Source of the DNA: an uncultured Lentimicrobiaceae bacterium
Lineage (GTDB): Bacteria; Bacteroidota; Bacteroidia; Bacteroidales; UBA4417
Assembly: GCA_964544545.1 (NCBI GenBank)
Contig: CAZJCG010000001.1
Span: 38,073 to 102,072, forward strand
Reading direction: 5' to 3'
DNA length: 64,000 nt
Below the pieces are notes generated by a model that was given only the letters and a program-made list of their open reading frames with translations, did not search any database and was not told the origin of the DNA. Positions 28,202 through 39,100 of the stretch are shown here, piece after piece. Numbering within the stretch: the first letter of the stretch is position 1; the number at the start of each line of letters is the position of its first letter. Position numbers and translations under genes: made by a program.

Positions 28202-29245
28202 TCAACTTTCTTCTTTGAAAAACAGCTGGTAATAATGCATGCCTGATTCCTCATCGTAGCCTTTCACGATCTTTTGATGATCACCATGCACGTAAATATG
28301 AAAATTTTTATCCAGCTTGATCACACTCTTGAAAACCCTGGACTGCTTCTTCACTGCAGCGTCCGAGATGGAGAAACTATCATTCAGCTCAATGTCCCTT
28401 TCCTGCTCAAACTGTGACTTATAGGTCCTGAAACTATCGATCACTTCCGGTTCGGACAGCACTTCACTTGCAAACTCCTCCATCTCAAAGGTTTCCTTCT
28501 CCTTGAAAAACTTCACCGACCTGTTCAGTATATCCACCTGGTCGGCTTTGGTAACGTCAAATTGGCCGGGCAGCGTTTCAAGCACAAAACTCTTTGCCAG
28601 GCTGAGGACATTTTTAGTTTGAAAAAAACCGTCATTCCTGGGACGAACATGCAGGAAATGATCCATCCAATACTGTGCTTCGCTGCCTTTGCTTACATTA
28701 TCGATAACACTGACAAGAAATCCGTTTTCTTTGCCGGTGTTGAAAATCAGGCAACCTTTGTCGAGTTTGTTGATGTTGATACCGGTTTCCGGATCAATTG
28801 CAAAACCATCGCCTTCCTGCCTGACTTTAAGGAACGTTTCTTTGTTTTCCGACTTGAATAAGCCTACTACATCAACAGTCTCATTTTCAACGACGCAATC
28901 GGTAAAATAAACCACATAAAACTCACCTCCTTTTACTTTAGGATGAACGGATTGCTCGTATAAATGCCTGGCAATGTTAACCGATTGTTCTTTCAGGCAT
29001 TCCGGATCCTCAAAAACCGCGCTCACATAAGTGAACACCTCATTCAACTGAATATCCGATTCATGAAAGAAGTTGAAATATTCTTCCCCTTTAAAGGGTT
29101 GAAAGAAATAGGTCAGCAGGAGATCATGGATCGTTTCATCTATCCTGAGAGCAGATTTTGAGAAAACGATGCCTTCATCGGCGGATTTGTTTCCGACTTT
29201 ATGGACCAGGACTGATCCGATCCTGAGGTAATCGGTTTGAATCAT
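28202..29245 (-). CDS. nucleoid-associated protein (NdpA/YejK-like family)
   Basis: N-terminal LVHKVGNKSADEGIVFSKS pattern and about 347-aa size, typical of the 37-kDa nucleoid-associated protein family as found in Bacteroidota. Confidence 0.7.
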   Translation of the reverse strand: MIQTDYLRIGSVLVHKVGNKSADEGIVFSKSALRIDETIHDLLLTYFFQPFKGEEYFNFFHESDIQLNEVFTYVSAVFEDPECLKEQSVNIARHLYEQSVHPKVKGGEFYVVYFTDCVVENETVDVVGLFKSENKETFLKVRQEGDGFAIDPETGININKLDKGCLIFNTGKENGFLVSVIDNVSKGSEAQYWMDHFLHVRPRNDGFFQTKNVLSLAKSFVLETLPGQFDVTKADQVDILNRSVKFFKEKETFEMEEFASEVLSEPEVIDSFRTYKSQFEQERDIELNDSFSISDAAVKKQSRVFKSVIKLDKNFHIYVHGDHQKIVKGYDEESGMHYYQLFFKEES

Positions 29246-29433
29246 TTTGGATTTCAGTTTACTGATAAACGGGTACCTGAATTGTCAGGAGAGCTGCAAA
29301 GAAAAGAAATTGTATGTTTCTTCTGATGGCTGGAACGGGGAATCATGCAAACCGGTTCCGGGATTAATTGCAGATCTCCTGTCGGCAGAATGTACCTTTC
29401 AGATAAAGGACACTGTGCTTGCCTGATTTGGCC

Positions 29434-29441
29434 TATCTTTG
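29434..29441 (+). promoter_or_regulatory. candidate -7 promoter element for ygiQ
   Basis: tatctttg matches TAnnTTTG. It overlaps the TTG used by the ORF track at 29439, which argues for the downstream GTG (29472) as the true start. Confidence 0.3.
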
Positions 29442-29471
29442 CATCCCTACCTTAAACTCATCTCCCGAATT

Positions 29472-31331
29472 GTGAATGAATATCCGCTTTCTGCCTGGCT
29501 GCCCATCACCCGTGACGAAATGCTGAAACGCGGCTGGGAAGAAGTGGACGTTGTCCTTATTTCCGGGGATGCCTATGTAGATCATCCCGCCTTCGGCAGC
29601 GCGCTGATAGCCAGAGTGATTGAATCCGCGGGTTACAGGGTGGCCTTAGTGCCTCAGCCCAACTGGCAGGATGACCTGCGCGATTTCCGGAAGTTCGGCC
29701 GGCCACGTATCTGCTTTGCAGTCTCCGCAGGCAATATGGATTCGATGGTGAACCATTATACAGCCAACAAACGTCTCCGGAGCGACGACGCCTACACGCC
29801 CGGCGGAAAGTCAGGCTTTCGTCCCGATTACGCCACACGCGTTTATACACAGTCGCTGAAGAAGATCTATCCTGACGTTCCGGTCATTATCGGCGGTATC
29901 GAGGCTTCCATGCGCCGCCTCGCGCATTACGACTACTGGAGCGACAGCCTGATGCCTTCAATCCTTGCCGACAGCGGAGCTGACCTCCTCATCTACGGCA
30001 TGGCAGAGAAAGCGATCGTGGAAACCCTGAAACGTCTTGAAAAGCAACATGATGTCGCCTGGCTGACAGACATCCCGCAAACGGCCTTCGTCGTGGATTC
30101 ATCCCTGGCCGCTGTTATGGCGAAAGAGATGCCCTCGATCGAATTACCTTCCTTTACCGAATGCCTGAATGATAAAAAAGCTTTTGCACGGGCATTCCGG
30201 GAGATCGAGAACGAATCTAACAAGATGTCGGCTAAAAGGCTGATCCAGCCAACCGGAAATGTGGCTGTGATCGTAAATCCTCCCTACCCTACCATGACGA
30301 CAGCCGAAGTGGATGCTGCATACGATCTTCCTTACACCCGGCTGCCTCATCCCAAGTACAACAAGCGGGGCGTCATCCCGGCCTACGAGATGATCCGCCA
30401 TTCGGTGAACATTCACCGCGGATGTTTCGGAGGCTGTTCGTTCTGCACCCTGGCCATGCACCAGGGCAAATTCATCGCCAGCCGTTCGGAGGAATCCATC
30501 ATGAAAGAAGTGGAGGCTGTCACCAGAATGCCCGATTTCAAAGGCTATGTCACTGACCTCGGGGCTCCATCGGCCAATATGTACCGTATGCAGGGCTTTG
30601 ATCTTTCTATCTGTGCCAAATGCAACCGCCCATCCTGCATCTTCCCGAATATCTGCAGGAACCTCAACACCGACCACATTCCCCTCACTGAGCTTTACCG
30701 GAAAGCAGCTACAGTGAAAGGCGTAAAGAAGGTAACCATCGGAAGCGGGGTCCGGTACGATATGCTCGTTGGCAGGACTGCTGATGAAGACAAACGTTTC
30801 GGACTGACAGTCTATACCAATCAGCTGATCAGGAACCATGTTTCCGGCCGCCTGAAAGTAGCACCTGAGCATACCAGCGATTCCGTCCTCAAAATCATGC
30901 GAAAACCGTCGTTCAGGCTTTTTCATGACTTCCGGAAAGTATTCGATGCCATCAACCGGGAAGCAGGATTGAAGCAACAACTCATTCCTTATTTCATCTC
31001 CAGTCATCCGGGAAGCCGCCTGCAGGACATGGCCCGGCTGGCACTCGAAACCAGGGATCTGGGATTCCAGTTGGAACAGGTACAGGACTTTACCCCTACG
31101 CCAATGACGCTTTCAAGTGTTATCTATTGGTCAGGTATCCACCCCTTTACAGGTGAAACAGTCTATACTCCCAGATCGAAACAGGATAAGCTCGACCAAC
31201 GTCAGTTCTTTTTCTGGTATAAACCTGAAAACAAGGATGCTATCCGCAGAACCCTTGTGAAAATCGGCGAGAATAAACTTGCTGATGCATTGTTGGGTAA
31301 GGGGAAGAGGAAAGAAAATGGCAGAATTTAG
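29472..31331 (+). CDS. ygiQ: YgiQ family (UPF0313) radical SAM protein
   Basis: Alignable by eye to E. coli YgiQ: GDAYVDHPAFG, GNMDSMVNHYTA, GGIEASMRRLAHYDYWSD, IPAYEMIRHSVNIHRGCFGGCSFC, KVAPEHT, LIPYFISSHPG. Start uncertain (GTG 29472 or TTG 29439). Confidence 0.85.
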   Translation: MNEYPLSAWLPITRDEMLKRGWEEVDVVLISGDAYVDHPAFGSALIARVIESAGYRVALVPQPNWQDDLRDFRKFGRPRICFAVSAGNMDSMVNHYTANKRLRSDDAYTPGGKSGFRPDYATRVYTQSLKKIYPDVPVIIGGIEASMRRLAHYDYWSDSLMPSILADSGADLLIYGMAEKAIVETLKRLEKQHDVAWLTDIPQTAFVVDSSLAAVMAKEMPSIELPSFTECLNDKKAFARAFREIENESNKMSAKRLIQPTGNVAVIVNPPYPTMTTAEVDAAYDLPYTRLPHPKYNKRGVIPAYEMIRHSVNIHRGCFGGCSFCTLAMHQGKFIASRSEESIMKEVEAVTRMPDFKGYVTDLGAPSANMYRMQGFDLSICAKCNRPSCIFPNICRNLNTDHIPLTELYRKAATVKGVKKVTIGSGVRYDMLVGRTADEDKRFGLTVYTNQLIRNHVSGRLKVAPEHTSDSVLKIMRKPSFRLFHDFRKVFDAINREAGLKQQLIPYFISSHPGSRLQDMARLALETRDLGFQLEQVQDFTPTPMTLSSVIYWSGIHPFTGETVYTPRSKQDKLDQRQFFFWYKPENKDAIRRTLVKIGENKLADALLGKGKRKENGRI

Positions 31332-31735
31332 AAATTTGAGAATGTGGGAATTAGTTAATTAGCTGATTAGCAAATTAGCTGATTAGCTGATGCGGGAAAT
31401 TGGGGAATTTAGAAATGAAGAAATTTAGGAATATATGAATTTGATAATTAGTTGATTCGGTGAATAGCTGATTAGCTGATGCGGGAAATTGGGAAATTTA
31501 GAAATGAATGAATTTAGGAATGTAAGAATTTGAAAATTAGCTGATTCGGTGATTAGCTGATTAGCTGATGCGGAAATTCAGAAATGAAAGAATTTAAGAA
31601 TTTAGAAATGTGATAATGTGATAATGTGATAATTAGCTGATTCGGTGATGAAATTTGGGAATGTGAAAATTTGGGAATTTAAAAATGTAAAAATTTGAAA
31701 ATTAGGCTATTCGACAATTTATACTATCTACTAAT
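31332..31735. repeat. tandem repeat array (89-bp period x3 plus degenerate tail), related to the 18.6-19.4 kb array
   Basis: gattagctgatgcgg recurs at 31381, 31470 and 31559. It shares the 21-mer gaattagttaattagctgatt (31348-31368) and ctgattcggtgat with the first array. The tail contains (gtgataat)3. It begins at the ygiQ stop codon. No ORF of 60 aa or more. Confidence 0.9.
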
Positions 31736-31954
31736 TATTACTATCGTTGATCATTAGACAATATGAGCAGTGTTTACCAGAAATGGGGTGACACTTCTTA
31801 AGATCATTTCGGATTTAATTCGTGCCTTCGTGGCAAATTTTGTTCTCCTGGTGTTCGCAACCAGTTAGGGATATGCGATGATCAGCGATTTTTTTCTGCG
31901 GGATCGGTTGGAAATAATCCCGGAAAAAGCATGTCTGCTTCAGTATGTGTTACC

Positions 31955-32389
31955 CTATCGTTCCGGCACCACAAGCACCGGGCATGGACTTGTTTTGAGA
32001 ACACCCGTACTGATGCTCCCGATGAATGCCCTGTAGAGGAATCCGTGGTTGTGGGCACCCATAATGATCATATCGGAATTGAACTCCTTTGCCTTTTGAA
32101 TGATGGTATCAATGATGGAACCTTGCAGATACTCATATCTTGCGTTTACACCGCGTTGCCTTAAAAAGTGAGTCATCGCTTTCAGATCTTCATGGATCTG
32201 GGCAATTTCTTCCGTATGCTGCTCCGGCACCACAGGAGGGCTCAGTTCATTTCCGATGAATGCCGGAGAAGGTGGCTCAACGTGTACAATCAATACTTCG
32301 CAACCAAAAGCCTTAGCCTGCATGGCTGCGTGGTCGATCACCTGTGTGGCCAGATCAGAAAAATCAATGGCAACCAATATCTTCTCCAT
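31955..32389 (-). CDS. universal stress protein (UspA family)
   Basis: MEKILVAIDFSD N-terminus and C-terminal MGAHNHG...GS....VL....CPVLVVP ATP-binding motif region. Confidence 0.85.
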   Translation of the reverse strand: MEKILVAIDFSDLATQVIDHAAMQAKAFGCEVLIVHVEPPSPAFIGNELSPPVVPEQHTEEIAQIHEDLKAMTHFLRQRGVNARYEYLQGSIIDTIIQKAKEFNSDMIIMGAHNHGFLYRAFIGSISTGVLKTSPCPVLVVPER

Positions 32390-32455
32390 ACGAAAAACGA
32401 TAGAATGAACAAATATAATGAATTATATAGCCGAAGGCAAGAAAAAAGTGCAATG

Positions 32456-33811
32456 TCAGAAATCGTATTTGATACCGGATCGGAAACCGAGAGAGAATGA
32501 ATCGGTGGGGAAGCCGTTCTTTTCGAGGACGGGTTTGATATAAATGCGCGAGGTAGGTGCTAAAGAAACACTCAGCCGCTTCAAAACACGATAGTTGATA
32601 TCAAGCCCTGTCACCAGGCTGAAATTCATTCCGTTATAATCAGGGATTTCCAGGTCCATCTGGTTCACCTGCGAGTTATTGTGTGAACTGATCGTTTTTA
32701 TCGTCTCTTCACGAAGGCTGGAATTATCGAGCCGCACTGCAAAACCGGCGCCGGTATTGAGCCAGGTGGTTATCCGTCCTTTACTGAACAGCCTTTTCCC
32801 AATACCCATGTCATAGGTAATGTATTGATGCCGTTCGGTACCCTCCAGTTGCGAAGCACCGCTGGCCTCTACAATAGCCGTACTATCCACTCCGCTGCCA
32901 GGATTGGGAACCGTTATGGCGATGAACTGCGTATAGTTTACATCATAAACACGGTGCTCGGAATTGTAGACCATCCCGATGCTCGAATTAAAACGGGTTT
33001 TTTCATTACCTACGCTGGCCATCAGTCCGAAATTGTGGAAAAGCGATGTACCAGTCCCGTTCTCCAGCGACTCAGGCAGGTAGTTGGCGGCCAGACTGAA
33101 CCTGCTATCCTTTTTCTTCATCGGGTCGTAGGGATCGGGAGAATAATACCGCACCGGCTCCTGAAGGGCATAAACCGGTAAAGGAACAACGGCTGTTTTT
33201 CCCGGGGATTGGATCAATCCACGCTTCGCGACGGGCAGATCGTACCGGCCGGTGGCATATTCAAAAACCTGAATGAGCGGTGCTGCAAGTCTGAACTCAA
33301 TAGTATTTTCAGTTTGATTAACGGAGAGGTAGGTTTCAGATCGGTTATCCGAAGGATGACGGCCAGGAGAAGTATGATTGGCAGGTATCGATGCAAGGCT
33401 TCCCGGACTTGTTATCTTTTCTGTCAGATTCCCTGCCGGATGTTGTGATGTTGCCGATGGTTCTATCGTCTTATTGAGCTGTTGGGAAAGCGTAGCCGTT
33501 GCCGGTTCTTTCCCTGTGGGTTCCGTTGTCCTGAATATCGTGAACAACAAAGCCAGCGAGGCAGCAGCGGCTAACGAAGCATAAGTGCCGATCCTGAATG
33601 CTTTGGCGCGCTGCATCCGTTGCAGAATTAACGCCCAGGTGCCGGAATCCGGGCGGTGTACAGGCAGTCCGGCCAGCTTTTCCTCATAAGCCTGCCGGGC
33701 ATCCAGTTGATCAAGACCGGAAGCAATACGATCCCACATTCCCTCATCCGGCGAATGCACCGGAAGTCGGTCAGAAAAGGAGGAATCATGTATGTTCCTG
33801 TTGATCTTCAT
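32456..33811 (-). CDS. putative anti-sigma factor-like membrane protein with a C-terminal beta-barrel-like domain
   Basis: Starts 1 nt after the stop of the ECF sigma gene. Single TM (YASLAAAASLALLFTIF) after a cytoplasmic segment of about 75 aa. The C-terminal 220 aa or so have an alternating beta-strand pattern ending in GIKYDF. Confidence 0.5.
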   Translation of the reverse strand: MKINRNIHDSSFSDRLPVHSPDEGMWDRIASGLDQLDARQAYEEKLAGLPVHRPDSGTWALILQRMQRAKAFRIGTYASLAAAASLALLFTIFRTTEPTGKEPATATLSQQLNKTIEPSATSQHPAGNLTEKITSPGSLASIPANHTSPGRHPSDNRSETYLSVNQTENTIEFRLAAPLIQVFEYATGRYDLPVAKRGLIQSPGKTAVVPLPVYALQEPVRYYSPDPYDPMKKKDSRFSLAANYLPESLENGTGTSLFHNFGLMASVGNEKTRFNSSIGMVYNSEHRVYDVNYTQFIAITVPNPGSGVDSTAIVEASGASQLEGTERHQYITYDMGIGKRLFSKGRITTWLNTGAGFAVRLDNSSLREETIKTISSHNNSQVNQMDLEIPDYNGMNFSLVTGLDINYRVLKRLSVSLAPTSRIYIKPVLEKNGFPTDSFSLGFRSGIKYDF

Positions 33812-33812
33812 A

Positions 33813-34373
33813 TCAGTCCAGCATTGAGGCTAATTTTCTTTTTAACAGGTTTTTGGCATGATGCAACTGGGATTTGGAGGTCCCGATGCTGATGCCAAGT
33901 ATATTGGCTGTTTCTTCATGCGTATATCCCTCGACTTCCGTCAGCAGGAAAACTGTTCTGTATCCGTCAGGCAGCGCAAGGATCACTTTTTCCAGGTATT
34001 CACTGCTCAGTGTATCCGGGATCAACACCGACCCTTCCGATTTCACATCCTCCATGTCGCTAAATTCCATCCTTCTGTTCCTGTAAAGTTGCCGGAGGGA
34101 TGTCCTGATTACTATGGTCTTGATCCAGGAGCCAAGCGATGACTCGAATCTGTATTGTTTCATGTCGCGAAACACCTGGATGAACGAATCCTGAAGCACA
34201 TCGTGGGCGTCATCGCGGTTGTTCATGATCCGGTACGCCGTTGTGAACATTGCATCGCAGTATCGGTAGTAGAGGTCGCGCTGGGCAATACGGTCATTCC
34301 GGATGCACCTTTCTACAAGGTCCCGTTCCAGTTCCGACTTGTTGCCGGCAAAGAGCCTTACTACTTCTCTCAA
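33813..34373 (-). CDS. RNA polymerase ECF-type sigma-70 factor
   Basis: Region 2 (DAHDVLQDSFIQVF) and region 4 HTH (YTHEETANILGISIGTSKSQLHHAK). Only a TTG start is available. Confidence 0.85.
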   Translation of the reverse strand: MREVVRLFAGNKSELERDLVERCIRNDRIAQRDLYYRYCDAMFTTAYRIMNNRDDAHDVLQDSFIQVFRDMKQYRFESSLGSWIKTIVIRTSLRQLYRNRRMEFSDMEDVKSEGSVLIPDTLSSEYLEKVILALPDGYRTVFLLTEVEGYTHEETANILGISIGTSKSQLHHAKNLLKRKLASMLD

Positions 34374-34522
34374 TGGGTAGTTCTCTTAACTTGTTATCAC
34401 CTACAAAGATAACGTTAAGAATCGTGTTAGCGTATAGTTCTTCCAAATGATCACTGTTGGTTAGTACCCGAACGTCTATTAGGGATTATGCCCCATTTAA
34501 AGGTTGCATCATCCGGAAACTT

Positions 34523-35770
34523 TCATGAATCCTGGTTGGGATTGTTCAAAACTCCTGCGAATAATATGGCACCGGTCGTCTTTTCACTGATCACAAACAG
34601 AAAGGGTCTGTCAACAATGAAACTGACGGGCTGAGGGTCATTCCCGATGGTCGTTACCGCAACTCCTACAGAAGTAACTGCGGCAGCTTCCGTTCCTTCT
34701 TCGTTGTTTTCGATGAAAGTCTTATGCCTGACCTCGGAGATATACAATCCGCCGTTGCGGTTGATTCGTGTAAAGTCAGCATAATCGGGGTCAAACGCTA
34801 CTCCCATCCCTAAGGAAGCCAGCACAGGGGTCATTTTCTTTTCCTCATAAGGGAATTTAAATTTGGGTAGCTGCAACCGGATATCGGTGAGCGCCATTTG
34901 GTTCTGCCAGGCAGCCCAGTTTTCCGGTGTGAACTGGTCAATCAGCGCCTCAAGCGTATTCCCAGCATCCGGCAGCATCACCGTCATCAGAAAATTCCCC
35001 TGGTTATACGGCAACTCCACTGCCCCGAATCCATCTCCTTTATAATAATTCAGTCCGGCTTCCTGCAGCATGCCGGGAGCCTGGACGGTGGTTCCGTCGG
35101 CAAGGGTAAAGGCCCTGTCTTCTGTTTTGCTTTTATCGAACTGGTATTTCCACTGCCCTTTGAAATATACTGCGTTGATCAGATACATGACCATCTCTGC
35201 AGGGACCTCATTGATGATCCTGGGGATCAGCTGGTTCGTCTTATCCGACACCCAGTCGTTGATAAGTCCGACGGTACCCGGATCATCAAAATCAACTGCA
35301 TTCACCTCCGCCCCGAAATAATTGAGGTTCACATCGATGAATGACTGTTCGACAGTGAATGTATTCCTGTACCAGATTGAATTGGCTACATTGATCTTTA
35401 CATTGGGATCCAAACCGGAAAAGGTTTCCAGCAGATATTTGTAAGATTCGTTCACTTCCGTATCTGTCATTCCACCGAAGCCCAGAACAGTATTCATGGC
35501 ATCCAGCGTCGTGCCGGCAGCGCCATTTCGTGTCATCCCCAACGCCATCGACACACTCAGGGGCGAAACCATCAGGTTCTTACCCGGTTCCGACACCTCA
35601 TATACTTTCCTGAACAAATCAAATCCGAATGAATTACTATGGTTAACTACCTGTTGTTGTTTTTCGGTAAGTTGGACAGGTTTTACATCTGCCGGCTGGC
35701 TTTCTTCCTTCTGACAGGAAACCGACACGACCGCCAGCGAAAGGACCAGAATAGCAATAATCGTTTTCAT
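34523..35770 (-). CDS. serpin family lipoprotein (inhibitory-type hinge)
   Basis: ATG at 35770 gives MKTIIAILVLSLAVVSVSC (lipobox). Serpin hinge EEGTEAAAVT followed by a reactive-centre loop and the FIVDRPFLFVI signature. Confidence 0.85.
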   Translation of the reverse strand: MKTIIAILVLSLAVVSVSCQKEESQPADVKPVQLTEKQQQVVNHSNSFGFDLFRKVYEVSEPGKNLMVSPLSVSMALGMTRNGAAGTTLDAMNTVLGFGGMTDTEVNESYKYLLETFSGLDPNVKINVANSIWYRNTFTVEQSFIDVNLNYFGAEVNAVDFDDPGTVGLINDWVSDKTNQLIPRIINEVPAEMVMYLINAVYFKGQWKYQFDKSKTEDRAFTLADGTTVQAPGMLQEAGLNYYKGDGFGAVELPYNQGNFLMTVMLPDAGNTLEALIDQFTPENWAAWQNQMALTDIRLQLPKFKFPYEEKKMTPVLASLGMGVAFDPDYADFTRINRNGGLYISEVRHKTFIENNEEGTEAAAVTSVGVAVTTIGNDPQPVSFIVDRPFLFVISEKTTGAILFAGVLNNPNQDS

Positions 35771-36195
35771 GGGTCGACGGATTAAAAACATTTCAATAGG
35801 GTGATGCAAGGGTAAAACGGTTGTATCCGGTGGTGTAGCTTTGTTCGGCCAGGCCTTGTTGCCTACCCTGGCAATGAATTTACAGATCAAACCTGCCGGA
35901 TGACCGAAAAGGATTTGCCCATGATGATAGCTTTACGATCTTTGGGCATGCTTACTTTTCCCGGTTATGCAAATTCTCTGCACAAAATCAGGATATTTGT
36001 CCGGGCCTTCTCTCTTTTCAAGCAGCCTCTTAGTTGAAAACATTGAACTGAACCATCGGCATGACAGAAATCCCGTTAACTTTTGTAAACCTCAAACGGA
36101 TACCGGCGTTCTGTTAACTTTAAGGCATACTTTTCTTCCACATTGACCCATGATCCAAACCAATCCCTGAAATCCAAACAAAGCAATAAAACCCT

Positions 36196-39100
36196 ATGAA
36201 ACGTCATTCCCTAGTCAATTCCCTGTTGATCATCACAATGATCCTGGCAACCTCGTTCTTCATGGAAAGCAGGGCAACCCTTACCCACTTCCGGCCAACA
36301 ACGGGCAAGGTAACATCCGGAGATAAAACAACCGCAAAAGTGCAGGAGAAAAAAGGAAAATCCGGGACCAGAAAAAATGAAACTGCATCGGATACACTCA
36401 AATCTGCGACATTCGGCGGCCTCAAATGGAGAAGCATCGGGCCCGCCCTTACCTCCGGCCGCATTTCCGATTTTGCCGTGAACCCTGCCAACAAGAGCGA
36501 GTGGTATGTTGCGGTGGCTTCAGGGCATGTATGGAAAACCGTGAATAATGGCACCACTTTCGAACCCATTTTCGACAACTACGGGGTCTATTCGATCGGT
36601 TGCGTCACCATCGACCCGAACAATGCCAATGTTGTATGGGTTGGATCGGGCGAGAACAATCACCAGCGTGCGCTGGGATATGGCAATGGTGTCTATAAAA
36701 GTACCGATGGCGGTAAGAGTTTTTCCAACATGGGATTGAAAGAATCCAGGCAAATCGGGGCGGTGCTGATCGACCCGCGGAATTCAGACATCGTATTTGT
36801 AGCCGCCGAAGGTTCTGTCTGGGGCCCTGGCGGTGACCGCGGCCTGTATAAGACCAACGACGGAGGCAAAACATGGAAAAAGGTCCTCGGGATCAGCGAA
36901 AACACCGGCGTCAACAACGTACTGCTTGATCCCAGAAATCCCGATATTATGTATGCCTCTTCCGAACAGCGACGTCGCCATGTGTTCACCAAGATTGGTG
37001 GTGGCCCGGAAACGGCCGTTTACAAATCGGTGAATGGAGGTGAAAGCTGGGATAAACTCACCAACGGCTTGCCTTCAGTCGACATGGGCGGAATGGGACT
37101 TGCCATTTCACCTGTGAATCCCGATGTGATCTATGCCATTATCGAGGCTGCCGACGATGCAGGCGGATTTTACAGAAGCAGCGACCGGGGAGCCTCCTGG
37201 CAGAAAATGAGCAGCCATACGGCACAGGGACAATACTACAATGAAATATATTGCGATCCGAAGAATGTAGATAAGGTTTATTCCATGGAAACGGTTTCGC
37301 AGGTAACCGAAGACGGTGGCAAAACCTGGCGCGCCATCGGGAATAACAAGCGCCATGTGGACGATCACGCTTTCTGGGTCGACAAGGATGATACACGCCA
37401 TTTTATGATTGGAAGCGACGGGGGGATCTATGAGTCGTTCGACGGTGGCTCCAACTTCGTTTTCAAGTCCAACCTGCCTGTCACCCAGTTCTACAGGGTC
37501 CAGGTCGATAATTCCACTCCGTTCTATTACGTTTACGGTGGTACCCAGGATAACAACAGTCTTGGCGGACCATCGCGGAACACATCATACAGCGGGGTTG
37601 CCAATGATGAATGGTTCATCACCAATGGCGGCGACGGTTTCTGGTCGCAGATCGACCCGGAAGATCCAAACATCGTTTACGCTGAATCGCAGTATGGCGG
37701 AATGGTACGTTACGACCGTAAAAGTCAGGAAGCTATCGACATCCGCCCTGAACCGCGAAAAGGGGAAAACAGCTATCAATGGAACTGGAATACTCCCCTG
37801 TTGCTAAGCAGCCATTCACATACAAGGCTCTATTGCGCCGCTAATAAGGTATTTCGCAGCGACGACCGCGGTAACACCTGGCAGGTCATCAGCGACGACC
37901 TGACCGCCGGCATCGACCGGAATACCTGGCCTGTTATGGGAAAATACTGGCCCAGCGATGCCGTAGCCAAGGATATTTCTACTTCACTGTTCGGTACCAT
38001 CGTTTCACTGGAAGAATCTCCGCTCAGCGAAAACCTTTTGTATGCCGGGACCGACGATGGCCTCATCCGCGTCACTGACGACGGCGGCAAGAACTGGACG
38101 AAAGTGTCATCTTTCCCGGGTGTGCCTGAAAACACCTATGTCAGCGACATCCTGGCTTCGAAGTTCGATGCGGATGTCGTCTATGCCTCCTTCGATAACA
38201 TCCTCCGCGATGATTTCAAACCTTACCTTATGAAGTCGACGGACAAAGGCAAAACCTGGACTTCCATTTCGGGTAATCTGCCGGCAAACGGGACCGTACA
38301 CAGCATCCAGCAGGACTTCATCAATCCCGACCTGCTGTTTGCCGGAACCGAGTTCGGATTCTTTTTCAGCCTTGATGGCGGAAAGATCTGGGTGCAACTG
38401 AAATCGGGAATGCCGCCGATAGCCGTGCGTGATATTGCCATTCAGAAACGGGAAAGCGACCTCGTGGTTGGCACCTTCGGGCGTGGCATCTATATCCTCG
38501 ACGATTATTCACCGCTCAGGACCTTTAAAAAAGAGATCCTGGAAAAAGACGGTTACATCTTCCCGGTTAAGGATGCGCTCATGTATCTGCCTTCCGACAG
38601 CCGTTACGGTCAGGGATCCACCTATTACCAGGCTAAAAATCCCGAATTTGGCGCAGTCTTTACCTATTGCTCCAAAGAGGCGCCGAAGTCGCTGAAAGAT
38701 ATCCGCAAGGAAAAAGAGGCAGAACTGTTCAAGAAGGGTGAACCCATCCCGCAACCTACCGAGGAGGAACTGCGTGCCGAAAAGAATGAAACGGCACCTT
38801 ATCTGACCTTTCTGGTGACTGATGAATCGGGCAACAAGGTGAGGATGATCCGGAAAAATCTTTCGGCCGGAATTAACCGGGTGAACTGGGATCTCCGTTA
38901 CCAGAGCAACCATTCTGTTGAAGCCGGCGAATCGCCTGATCCGCTCAACGATCCGGGAAGCCAGGTACTGGCAATGCCGGGTAAATACAACGTCACAATC
39001 CTCCTGACCTCAAAAGGCGAAACCAGCCAGGTGGCCGGTCCTGTATCATTCAATTGTACCGTGCTCAACAACCTTAGCCTTCCGGCAACTGACCGTGCCG

